A DNA stretch of 64,000 nt from an uncultured delta proteobacterium (GTDB lineage Bacteria; Myxococcota_A; Polyangia; Polyangiales; Polyangiaceae), in NCBI GenBank assembly GCA_963806225.1, contig CAWDXG010000004.1:2432001-2496000 (forward strand), written 5' to 3'. Both the position numbers and the translations under genes were made by a program. Below are positions 10,040 to 20,107 of this stretch, in pieces (position 1 is the first letter of the stretch; every line of letters starts with the position of its first letter). A model generated the notes under the pieces. That model did not search any database. It had not been told where the DNA came from and saw only the letters and a program-made list of their open reading frames with translations.

Positions 10040-10080
10040 TGTAGCAAGATGGCACACCTCATGTGACATTTTGCTACAAT
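10040..10080 (+). promoter_or_regulatory. 17-5-17 imperfect inverted repeat overlapping an extended -10 element (TGcTACAAT)
   Basis: TGTAGCAAGATGGCACA-CCTCA-TGTGACATTTTGCTACA (15/17 complementary); TACAAT at 10075-10080, upstream of the kinase ATG at 10116. Confidence 0.55.
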
Positions 10081-10115
10081 CCAGGGGCGGCGGGGGCCCG
10101 TAGACTGGGCGCGGG

Positions 10116-12095
10116 ATGTTCGTCTGTCCGGAGTGCGGCCATGCGGCGGGGGCGCCGGGCTTCTGCACGGAGCATGGCGTCTCGCTCATCGATGCCGGCG
10201 CCGACCCGCTGCCGGGGCAGCGCGTCGGCAGCTACCGCATCGCGCGGCTGATCGGCGAGGGCGGCATGGGCCGCGTGTACCTCGCGGTGCAGCCGGAGAT
10301 CGGCAGCCGCGTCGCGGTCAAGGTGCTGTCAGGGGATGCCACGGCGGGCTCGGCGTCGGTGGAGCGCTTCTTTGCGGAAGCGCGCGCCGTGAACGTCATC
10401 CGCCACGAGAACATCGTCAGCGTGCTCGATCTCTCGCGGCTGCCGGACGGGCGGCCGTATATCGTCATGGAGTACCTCGAGGGCGCGGCACTGTCGACGC
10501 TCATCGCCGAGCGCGGTGCGCTGCCCCTCGGGGCGCTGACGCGAGCGCTCGGCGAGGTGCTGGACGCGCTCGCCGCCGCGCACGAAAAGGGCATCGTCCA
10601 CCGCGACCTGAAACCGGACAACATCTTCATCACCCGCGGCGGCCGCGCCAAGGTGCTCGACTTCGGTATCGCCAAGCTCAAACCGGAGCTGCTCTCGATG
10701 GAGGCGCACACCAGCACGGGCGCTCTACTCGGCACGCCTCACTACATGTCCCCCGAGCAGGCACAGGGACGTCCCGCCGAACCGCGCAGCGATCTGTACT
10801 CGGTCGGGGTGATCCTGTTCGAGGGCGCGACGGGCACACGCCCGTTCGACGCGAGCTCGCTCTACGAGCTGTTGAAACAGCACATCGAGCACCCTCCGCC
10901 GTCGCCCCGGTCCATGCGCGGAGATCTGCCGCCGGCGTACGAGGCCGTGATCCTGCGCGCGCTCGACAAGTCCCTGGCGCGGCGGTTCCAGAATGCCAGG
11001 GAGCTGTCCGCGGCGCTCGCCGAAGCGGGCCAGTCCGCTCCGGCGGACAGCTGGGGCTCGCTCGGAAGCGGCCGGGCTCCGCTGGGTCCGGCGCCCACGC
11101 CGGATCCCGAAAGACGGAAGATGGCCCTCGAAGCCACGGTCCCGACGCCACCCGCGCACGGCACAGCACCGACGCCGCAGCATGCGGCGGCAAGTCGCAC
11201 GCCGATGCAGGTCCCCGCCGGCACACCGCCCCCCACCTATCCGTCGGCGGGCAATGCTCCCGCCGTACCGGACGCCCTCTACGAACCGCAGACGCTGGAA
11301 CCGGTCGTGACGCAGAACCGGAGCAGCACCGGGCTGTATCTGCTGGTCGGAGCGATCCTGCTATTCGTCGGCGCATCCATCGTCGTCGGCGCTGTGGTCG
11401 GGTTCGTGTTCAACCGCACGCCGCCACCACCGCCTGGCCCGCCTCCAGTCGCTTCGCCGCGGCGCGCGCCTGAGCCGGCCCCGACGCCGACGGGCGTGAC
11501 GAACACGCCTATGCCGTTCGCGGGCAACTACGTGATCGCGCACGCGAGCAATCCGGGCAACAAGAAGGCATACGGCGGCAACATCGAGATCACGCACCGC
11601 GGCAGTCGCTTTCATGTCACCTGGACCGGCGGCGTCAGCGCCGACGGGGTCGGACTGTCCCATGGCGATCTGCTGGGCGTCGGCTGGGCCTATCGTGGCA
11701 GCTACGCGGTCGTGATGTACGATGTCGACGGGGGAAAGCTGGACGGACGCTGGGTGACGCAGTCCGACAATGCACAACCGGGTGTCGAGGTGCTCCGGGG
11801 TCCGGCGGGCCTCGACGGCCGCTACCACATCGTGAGTGCGCACCCGCCGGGCAGCACCCGGGCCTACGGCGGCACAGTCGTTATCCATCCGCGGGGCTCC
11901 ACCTATCACCTGAAGTGGGAAGTGGATGGGCACGTGTACCAGGGCGTCGGCATCCTCCAGGGGCGCACTCTGGTAGCGGGCTGGGGGCTGAACGCCGGAG
12001 TCGCAGTCTACCGGCGTCGGGACCAGACGCTGGAGGGGAGCTGGGCGTTGCCGGGGGGTACCCAGCTGGGCAGCGAGATACTGCGCCGTCGCTAG
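10116..12095 (+). CDS. Membrane Ser/Thr protein kinase: N-terminal zinc ribbon, Pro-rich linker, TM, duplicated extracellular beta domain
   Basis: CPECG..CTEHG; GEGGMG, HRDLKPDN, DFG, YMSPEQ; TM LYLLVGAILLFVG; two similar G.Y.I..A.....AYGG...I..RGS.....W repeats. Confidence 0.9.
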   Translation: MFVCPECGHAAGAPGFCTEHGVSLIDAGADPLPGQRVGSYRIARLIGEGGMGRVYLAVQPEIGSRVAVKVLSGDATAGSASVERFFAEARAVNVIRHENIVSVLDLSRLPDGRPYIVMEYLEGAALSTLIAERGALPLGALTRALGEVLDALAAAHEKGIVHRDLKPDNIFITRGGRAKVLDFGIAKLKPELLSMEAHTSTGALLGTPHYMSPEQAQGRPAEPRSDLYSVGVILFEGATGTRPFDASSLYELLKQHIEHPPPSPRSMRGDLPPAYEAVILRALDKSLARRFQNARELSAALAEAGQSAPADSWGSLGSGRAPLGPAPTPDPERRKMALEATVPTPPAHGTAPTPQHAAASRTPMQVPAGTPPPTYPSAGNAPAVPDALYEPQTLEPVVTQNRSSTGLYLLVGAILLFVGASIVVGAVVGFVFNRTPPPPPGPPPVASPRRAPEPAPTPTGVTNTPMPFAGNYVIAHASNPGNKKAYGGNIEITHRGSRFHVTWTGGVSADGVGLSHGDLLGVGWAYRGSYAVVMYDVDGGKLDGRWVTQSDNAQPGVEVLRGPAGLDGRYHIVSAHPPGSTRAYGGTVVIHPRGSTYHLKWEVDGHVYQGVGILQGRTLVAGWGLNAGVAVYRRRDQTLEGSWALPGGTQLGSEILRRR

Positions 12096-12320
12096 ACATC
12101 TATCCTTATGTAATCACACAAGAAATGTGGATCTGTCTGCGCGCGGGACGGGCGCTGGGCCCGGGACGTGCTAGGGTGCCCGGCGGAATTCGGGCACGGC
12201 GCTCCTTCGCATCTCTGTGCGATCTCGCGAGTACCGGGTCCGGAGTCCCAGTCGCGCCTTCACACCTGCCCGGACGGGCAGTGAACATGTGCGCATCGAA
12301 CGTCTACCAGGAGGTATCGA

Positions 12321-12518
12321 TTGCGAAGCAGCGGAACGACTTTCAGCAAGCGTCAGAGGGAGCGCGACAAGCGCGAGAAGAAGCAGGCCAAGGCCGAGCG
12401 CCGCGAGCAGCGCAAGCACGAGCGCGCGGATCGTCCCGACGGCGAAGAGCCGGGCGTGGATCCCGACATCGCCGGGATCGTGCCTGGGCCGCAGCCGCTC
12501 CCACCCGAGTTCGACTGA
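12321..12518 (+). CDS. Small charged hypothetical protein (65 aa, ends DPDIAGIVPGPQP...)
   Basis: AGGAGG RBS at 12309, TTG start, GC3-rich codons, fills an intergenic gap. Confidence 0.75.
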   Translation: MRSSGTTFSKRQRERDKREKKQAKAERREQRKHERADRPDGEEPGVDPDIAGIVPGPQPLPPEFD

Positions 12519-12577
12519 AGGCCGCAGCCGGCGCCGCGTAGCGGGGTCGGCCAGCTGGAATCCCACAGGGCGCGGGC

Positions 12578-12633
12578 TTGACAGGCTCGCGCGCTGATCC
12601 ACATTTTGAATTCGTACTAGTTCAGTACGAATT
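12578..12633 (+). promoter_or_regulatory. suf operon promoter (TTGACA -35) with a perfect 10-5-10 inverted repeat, putative Rrf2 operator
   Basis: TTGACA at 12578; AATTCGTACT-AGTTC-AGTACGAATT at 12609-12633, directly before the RBS and ATG 12642. Confidence 0.75.
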
Positions 12634-12641
12634 AGGAAACC

Positions 12642-13136
12642 ATGCTGAGGATCACGAAGCTGAGCGACTACGCGGTGGTCGTGCTGCAGAACCTGGTCGC
12701 CTGCCAGGACCCCAGCTGCGACTGCACCTCGCGCGAGGTGGCGGAGCGCACGGGGATCCCGCGGCCCACGGTCAGCAAGGTGATGAAGGACCTGGCCCGC
12801 GGTGGCCTGCTCGTCTCGCAGCGGGGCGCGCAGGGGGGGTTCTGCCTGGCGCGCGAACCCGCACGGATCACGCTGGCGGAGATCATCGAGGCGGTCGAGG
12901 GCCCCATCGCGCTGACGGAGTGCAACGTGGAGGCCGACAGCAACTGTGACTTCACGGGCGCCTGCCCGGTCGAGGAGAACTGGCTGCGCATCAACCAGGT
13001 GGTGCGGCGGGCGCTCGACGGCATCAGCCTGGCCGACATGGCGCGACCGCTCGGGCCGTCGCTGCTGAGCCTGGGCCGCTCCGCCGAAGCGCAGGTCTGG
13101 ACCGCCCGGCTTCCTGCCGGGGGCGAGGAGACATGA
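12642..13136 (+). CDS. Rrf2-family SUF system Fe-S cluster assembly regulator
   Basis: [35 protein letters not shown]...C.....C; first gene of the suf operon. Confidence 0.9.
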   Translation: MLRITKLSDYAVVVLQNLVACQDPSCDCTSREVAERTGIPRPTVSKVMKDLARGGLLVSQRGAQGGFCLAREPARITLAEIIEAVEGPIALTECNVEADSNCDFTGACPVEENWLRINQVVRRALDGISLADMARPLGPSLLSLGRSAEAQVWTARLPAGGEET

Positions 13137-14577
13137 CGGCATCCAACGAGCAGATCAACCGGCTCCTCGAGTCGGACTACGAGGCCGGTTGGGTCACGGA
13201 CATCGGAGAGGACAGGGCTCCGCCGGGGCTGAGCGAGGAGATCGTCCGCTTCATCTCGGCGAAGAAGCACGAGCCGGAGTGGCTGCTCGAGTGGCGGCTG
13301 AAGGCGTACCGCCACTGGCGCGAGATGAAGCTGCCGACCTGGGCCCGGGTGAGCTATCCGCCCATCGACTTCCAGGCCATCTGCTACTACTCGGCGCCGA
13401 AGCAGAATGCGGACGGGCCAAAGAGCCTGGACGAGGTCGATCCGGAGCTTCTGCGCACCTACGAGAAGCTCGGCATCCCGCTGCACGAGCGCGAGGTGCT
13501 GGCGGGCGTAGCGGTCGATGCTGTCTTCGACAGCGTCAGCGTGGCGACGACCTTCAAGAAGAAGCTCGGCAACATGGGCATTCTCTTCTGTTCGTTCTCG
13601 GAGGCCGTGCAGGAGCACCCGCAGCTGGTCCGGAAGTATCTGGGCTCGGTCGTACCCATGAACGACAACTTCTACGCGGCGCTCAACTCGGCCGTGTTCA
13701 GCGACGGGTCGTTCGTGTTCGTGCCGAAGGGCGTGCGCTGCCCGATGGAGCTCTCCACCTACTTCCGCATCAACGCGGCGAAGACGGGGCAGTTCGAGCG
13801 CACGCTGATCATCGCCGAAGAGGGCAGCCGCGTGAGCTACCTCGAGGGCTGCACCGCTCCGATGCGCGACGAGAACCAGCTGCACGCCGCGGTGGTCGAG
13901 CTCATCGCGCTCGACGACGCCGAGATCAAATACTCCACGGTGCAGAACTGGTACCCGGGCGACGAGAAGGGCCAGGGCGGCGTGTACAACTTCGTGACCA
14001 AGCGCGGCAAATGCCAGGGCAAGCGCTCGAAGATCTCCTGGACGCAGGTGGAGACAGGCTCGGCCATCACCTGGAAGTACCCGGGCTGCATCCTGATGGG
14101 CGACGACTCGGTGGGTGAGTTCTATTCGGTCGCGCTCACCAACAACTACCAGCAGGCCGACACGGGCACGAAGATGATCCATCTCGGCAGGAACACCCGG
14201 AGCACGATCATCTCCAAGGGCATCTCGGCCGGCCACGGACAGAACACCTATCGCGGGCTGGTGAAGATCCAGAAGGGCGCAGAAAATGCCCGTAACTACT
14301 CGCAGTGCGACTCGCTGCTCATCGGCAGCGACTGCGGCGCGCACACCGTGCCGTACGTGGAGGTGAACAACGGCTCGAGCACGCTGGAGCATGAGGCCAC
14401 CACCTCGCGCATCGGCGACGACCAGCTTTTCTACTGCCGTCAGCGCGGGCTTTCCGAGGAAGACGCGGTGAGCCTGATCGTGAACGGCTTCTGCAAGGAA
14501 GTGCTGAAGGAACTGCCGATGGAGTTCGCCGTCGAGGCGCAGAAGCTGCTTGGAGTGAGCCTGGAAGGAGCGGTCGG

Positions 14578-14581
<4 letters not shown>
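13133..14581 (+). CDS. sufB: Fe-S cluster assembly protein SufB
   Basis: [52 protein letters not shown]. Confidence 0.97.
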
Positions 14582-15356
<775 letters not shown>

Positions 15357-15360
<4 letters not shown>

Positions 15361-16595
15361 CGGACGTGCTGGAGACCATCTCGTCGAGCACGCGGGGCGA
15401 CGCGCCGTTCGTGACGGCGCTCCGACCACGGCTGAAGACGGCGGCGGCCGGGCCGACATGGCTCGCCGATCTGCGGCGCGAAGCTGCGGCGTGGTTTTCC
15501 GCCCACGGGCTACCGCATCCGAAGGAAGAAGCCTGGCGCTTCACGTCGCTCCGGCCGCTTTCGCGGCTCGCGCCGTTGCTGGTGCCGGCGCGGCTGTCGA
15601 CGGCGGCGCTGCCCGCGGGCGTGACGCTTCTGAAGCTCGACGGCGCAGAGGGGCGGCTCGGACAGCTCGCGAGCACGCACCACGCCTTCGCCGCGCTCAA
15701 CACGGCGCTGTTCGAGGACGCGCTGGTCATCGAGGTGGCACCGGGCAGCGTCGTGGAAGCACCGCTGGAGATCGCCCACGTTGCCCGGGGCGGTGCGCGC
15801 GCCACACTGTCGCTGCCGCGCGTGCTCGTGATCGCCGGCGAAGCCAGCCAGCTCCAGCTCGTGGAGCGATACGGCGCGGAAGACGGCACGTCGCTGACGG
15901 CGGGGGTCACGGAGGTCTTCGTCGGGGAAAATGCCGCCGTGGAACACGTGCGCGTGCTCGACGGCGCGCCGGACGCCTACAACATCTCGCTCACGGCCGT
16001 GCGCCAGGCTCGCGACAGCCGCTACACGTCGCGAGTGGCGACTTTCGGCGGCACGCTCTCACGGCTGGATCTTCGCGTGCTGATGGACGGCGAGGGCGCC
16101 GAGTGCACGCTCGACGGCCTGTACCTGGCGGGTGACGACGAGCACGTCGATCACCAGACGTTCATCGACCACGCCCGCGCGCACTGCACCAGCCACGAGA
16201 AGTACAAGGGCGTGCTCCAGGGCAGCGGCCGCGCTGTGTTCGACGGCGGCGTCACCGTGCGGCACGGCGCGCAACAGACCGACGCGCACCAGGAAAACCG
16301 CAACCTGGTGCTGTCGGATCGAGCCAAGGTCAACACCAAGCCTTCGCTGGTGATCGACGCCGACGACGTGAAGTGCAGCCACGGCGCGACCGTGGGCCAG
16401 CTGGACCCGGCGGCGCTGTTCTACCTCCGGGCGCGCGGCATCGGCGAAGCCGAGGCGCGGGCGCTTCTGGCCTTCGCGTTCGCACGCGAGATGACCGAGC
16501 GGATCACACCGCCCGGCCTCCGGCGCGAGCTGGTCGAGGCGGTCCTCGCGCGCATGCCCGAAGGGCGGCTTCTGGCGGCGGAGGACGACGTATGA
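15357..16595 (+). CDS. sufD: Fe-S cluster assembly protein SufD
   Basis: EAWRFT, FAALNTA, IDADDVKCSHGATVGQLD, LFYLRARGI. Confidence 0.93.
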
Positions 16596-17839
16596 CACTG
16601 GCGCGTGCGACGACACGGCAGGAGCTCGATCCGGCGGGCCTGCGCAGGGACTTCCCGGCCCTTTCCCAGCAGGTGCACGGCCAACCGTTGGTGTACCTGG
16701 ACAGCGCAGCCACAGCGCTCAAACCGCGCGCCGTGATCGAAGCTGTGGAGCTCACGTACACGCGCGACGCTGGCAACGTGCACCGCGCCGTGCATCTGCT
16801 CTCCCAGCGCGCCACCGAAGCCTACGAAGGCGCGCGCGACAAGGTCCGGCGTTTCATCAACGCGGCGAGCACGCAGGAGATCGTCTTCGTGCGCGGCACT
16901 ACCGAGGCCATCAATCTGGTCGCGCAGAGCTACGGGCGCCCGCGCCTCGGGCGCGGCGACGAGATCCTGCTAACCGGGCTCGAGCACCACTCGAACATCG
17001 TGCCGTGGCAGATGCTGCGCGAGCAGACCGGCGTGGAGCTCGTCGTGGTTCCGGTGACGGACGAGGGCGAAGTCCGGCTCGAGGACTTCGAGGCGCGCCT
17101 GTCCGGGCGCACCAGGCTGGTGGCCGTCGCACATGCTTCCAACACGCTCGGCACGGTGCTGCCCATCCGCGAGATGGCGCTGAGGGCGCACGCGCGGGGT
17201 GCGCACGTGCTGGTGGACGGCGCGCAGGCGGCGCCGCACCTGGCCGTCGACGTGCAGGAGCTGGGGGCGGACTTCTACGCGCTGTCCGGCCACAAGCTGT
17301 ACGGCCCGACGGGCATCGGCGTGCTGTACGGCCGGCGCGAGCTGCTCGACGACATGCCGCCGTACCAGGGCGGCGGCGACATGATCCGCTCGGTGACGTT
17401 CGAGCGAACGCTGTACAATGATCTGCCGTTCCGCTTCGAAGCCGGCACGCCGAACATCGCGGGCGCCATCGGCCTCGGCGCGGCCATCGACTACCTGGGC
17501 GCGCTCGATCGCGGGGCGCTCGAGGCGCACGAGCAGCGCCTGCTCGAGTACGGCACGCGGCGGCTCCGGGAAATCACCGGGCTCCGGCTGATCGGCACGT
17601 CGGCGCGGAAGATCGGCGTGCTTTCCTTCGTGGTCGACGGCATCCATCCGCACGACCTCGGCACCATCGTCGACCATTCTGGCGTGGCGATCCGCACGGG
17701 ACATCACTGCACACAACCGTTGATGGAACGCTTCGGCGTGCCGGCCACGGCCCGCGCATCGCTCGCCCTCTACAATACCGAGGCCGATCTGGATCGCCTG
17801 GCAGAGGCGGTCGTCAAGGCCAGGGAGATGTTTTCCTGA
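16592..17839 (+). CDS. sufS: Cysteine desulfurase SufS
   Basis: VYLDSAAT, EHHSNIVPW, SGHKLYGP, RTGHHCTQP; ATGA overlap with sufD. Confidence 0.96.
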   Translation: MTLARATTRQELDPAGLRRDFPALSQQVHGQPLVYLDSAATALKPRAVIEAVELTYTRDAGNVHRAVHLLSQRATEAYEGARDKVRRFINAASTQEIVFVRGTTEAINLVAQSYGRPRLGRGDEILLTGLEHHSNIVPWQMLREQTGVELVVVPVTDEGEVRLEDFEARLSGRTRLVAVAHASNTLGTVLPIREMALRAHARGAHVLVDGAQAAPHLAVDVQELGADFYALSGHKLYGPTGIGVLYGRRELLDDMPPYQGGGDMIRSVTFERTLYNDLPFRFEAGTPNIAGAIGLGAAIDYLGALDRGALEAHEQRLLEYGTRRLREITGLRLIGTSARKIGVLSFVVDGIHPHDLGTIVDHSGVAIRTGHHCTQPLMERFGVPATARASLALYNTEADLDRLAEAVVKAREMFS

Positions 17840-18279
17840 TGCCGGACCTCCGCGAGCTGTACCAGGAGATGGTGCTCGACCACGGGCGCCACCCGCGCAA
17901 CTTCCGCGGCGTGGAGGGCGCGAACCGCGCGGCGGAGGGGTACAACCCTCTGTGCGGCGACAAGCTCAGGCTCGAGCTACGGGTGGAGGACGGCATCGTG
18001 CAGGATGCCGCCTTTTCCGGCTCGGGCTGCGCGATCTCGACGGCCGCGGCCTCGACCATGACGGAAGCGGTGAGGGGCAGGACGATCGCCGAAGCCGAAG
18101 CGATGTTCGAGGGCTTCCACGCGCTGGTCACTGGAGAAGCCGTGAAAGTCGAGTTGCCCAGGAAGCTCGCGGTCTTCAGCGGCGTGGCGGCCTACCCGAT
18201 GCGCGTCAAGTGCGCCACTCTAGCCTGGCACACGCTGCATGCCGCGCTCGAGGGCAAGCCCATCGCGACGACGGAGTAG
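17839..18279 (+). CDS. sufU: SUF system NifU-family protein SufU
   Basis: LYQEMVLDH, NPLCGD, GCAIS, RVKCATLAW. Confidence 0.93.
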   Translation: MPDLRELYQEMVLDHGRHPRNFRGVEGANRAAEGYNPLCGDKLRLELRVEDGIVQDAAFSGSGCAISTAAASTMTEAVRGRTIAEAEAMFEGFHALVTGEAVKVELPRKLAVFSGVAAYPMRVKCATLAWHTLHAALEGKPIATTE

Positions 18280-18281
18280 AC

Positions 18282-18737
18282 ATGCCGACGGAGCCGAAAA
18301 CAGAGCTCGAGATGCTGGATACCGAGCGCGCACGGCGTAAGCTCGAAGTCGTGGATGCGCCCGATACCGAACCGAGTGACAGCTTCGTTCTGGAAGGCGA
18401 TGGCTATGCGCCGACGCCGGGAGCGGTCGACCGCGAACATCTCACCCAGTCGCTTCTCGACCAACTGCGCACGGTGCGGGATCCGGAAATTCCGCTCGAC
18501 ATCGTCGCGCTGGGGCTGGTCTACAGCCTGGACGTGAGCGACGACGGCGACGTACATGTCCGCATGTCGCTGACCGCGCCGGGCTGTCCGGTCGCCGACG
18601 ATCTGGTGCAGCAGGTCCACGACAGGCTTCTGTCCACGCGCGGCGTCTCCCACGCGAAGACCGAGCTGGTCTGGGATCCGCCCTGGACAATGGACCGCAT
18701 GGACGAAGCGGCGAAGCTGGCGCTCGGGCTCTTCTAG
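18282..18737 (+). CDS. sufT: DUF59/SufT-like Fe-S assembly protein
   Basis: DPEIPLDIVALGLVY, TAPGCP, LVWDPPW. Confidence 0.85.
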   Translation: MPTEPKTELEMLDTERARRKLEVVDAPDTEPSDSFVLEGDGYAPTPGAVDREHLTQSLLDQLRTVRDPEIPLDIVALGLVYSLDVSDDGDVHVRMSLTAPGCPVADDLVQQVHDRLLSTRGVSHAKTELVWDPPWTMDRMDEAAKLALGLF

Positions 18738-18781
18738 GCCTGGGTTGCGCGCGCCCCGTATGGCTCTACATTCGAGAGTAG

Positions 18782-19159
18782 ATGGACCGCGCCAGCGACA
18801 ACGCTGCACCACGCATCCGGGTCACGCCCGAGGCGGTGGAGTACGCGAAGAAGAAGCGCGTGGAGATCGGCAAGCCCGACGCTGCGCTCCGCATCGGCGT
18901 CAAGGGCGGCGGCTGCGCGGGGCTGACCTACGTGACCGACTTCACCGAGGAACCGCCGCGGGAGCGCGAACTGGTGTACGAGTTCGGCGGCCTCAGGGTG
19001 TACGTCGACACGCGCAGCCTGCGCTACATCGAGGGCAGCGAGCTCGCCTACGAGAAGACGCTGATGTACCAGGGCTTCCGCTTCAAGAACCCGCTGGAAG
19101 AGTCGACGTGCGGCTGTGGCATGACCTTCAGCGTGAAGAAAGGGCTGAAGACGGTCTAG
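18782..19159 (+). CDS. HesB/IscA/SufA A-type Fe-S carrier
   Basis: LRIGVKGGGCAGL and terminal TCGCG. Confidence 0.92.
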   Translation: MDRASDNAAPRIRVTPEAVEYAKKKRVEIGKPDAALRIGVKGGGCAGLTYVTDFTEEPPRERELVYEFGGLRVYVDTRSLRYIEGSELAYEKTLMYQGFRFKNPLEESTCGCGMTFSVKKGLKTV

Positions 19160-19214
19160 GCGACCCGTCGGCAAAACCTGTGGAGCGCCTGGCGCTCTGG
19201 AGTATGCTCTCCGG

Positions 19215-20096
19215 ATGCTTCGAACGACCAGGCTAGCTGGGAGCGTGGCCCTCGCGGTGTGTGCTTCCCTTTCCGCGTGCAGCTCGGGAAACAGCAATAA
19301 CAACGCGCACGGCAGCGGCGGTAGCGGCGGCACGGGCGCCGGCGGCGCCGGCGGCAGCGGCGGCGGTATTCCGGGACTGTGCGTGAGCGGGACGCCGTCA
19401 CCAGACGTGACGGACGTGTCGGGACACTGGGCCTTCCAGACGGTGGGCTCGCAGGTGGTGCAGGCGCCCGGCTTCGCCCAGCCGTTCCACACGCGGGTCA
19501 TCAGTCTCCTGCTCGTCGACCTGACGCAAACGGGCAAGGACGTCACGATGAAAGCGTCGTACTGCGCGCAGAGCGTGGATACCGACTCGGTCGTGAAGAC
19601 GGTGCTCCCGGACGCTTTCGTCAAATCGCTCGCAGCCTACACGCGTAGCGGGACGTACGAGGTCACAGGCGGCGTCGGTCACTTCAAGTCGCCCGACTTC
19701 CCGGAAGTCCTCGGCGCCAAGCTCTCCGACGACATGAACGACGCGCTGCCCACCGATCCTACCGACAACCGCGTGTTCGACCAGGACAACGACGGGCATC
19801 CCGGGCTCACGGTCAAGCTCACGGGTCTGATCGACGGCGAGGCCTATGTCGTGCAGCGGCTGATCTCCTCGTACGACGGCGCAGCGGTCACCAAGGACCA
19901 CCTGCAGGGCAAGCTCGGGTTCAGCTCGGAGCAGGTCATCCTCGATTCGCAACCGGCCGCGATCAAGAACGCTCAGCCGACTGGTTCGCCCGATCCCGTC
20001 GCGTGCGACAGCCACTTCGACGCCAGCCGCCTCCCGGCCAGCGCCGACTGCCAGTACGTGGTCAACAACGCCGGCACGCTGTTTCCGGCCAAGTAG
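19215..20096 (+). CDS. Lipoprotein of unknown function with Gly-rich linker
   Basis: LSAC lipobox, GGSGG linker, DQDNDGHPG Ca-binding-like motif. Confidence 0.7.
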   Translation: MLRTTRLAGSVALAVCASLSACSSGNSNNNAHGSGGSGGTGAGGAGGSGGGIPGLCVSGTPSPDVTDVSGHWAFQTVGSQVVQAPGFAQPFHTRVISLLLVDLTQTGKDVTMKASYCAQSVDTDSVVKTVLPDAFVKSLAAYTRSGTYEVTGGVGHFKSPDFPEVLGAKLSDDMNDALPTDPTDNRVFDQDNDGHPGLTVKLTGLIDGEAYVVQRLISSYDGAAVTKDHLQGKLGFSSEQVILDSQPAAIKNAQPTGSPDPVACDSHFDASRLPASADCQYVVNNAGTLFPAK

Positions 20097-20107
20097 CCCC
20101 GAAAAAC

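Noticed and set aside
10050..10066. Sigma54 promoter at TGGCAC
   Set aside because: The -12 element is missing (TGGCAC-N5-ATGT rather than TTGC).
12123..12606. 11-bp inverted match (AAATGTGGATC at 12123, GATCCACATTT at 12596) as ends of a mobile element
   Set aside because: The match does not extend, there is no target duplication or transposase, and the right copy lies within the suf promoter. Chance or a shared binding site cannot be excluded.
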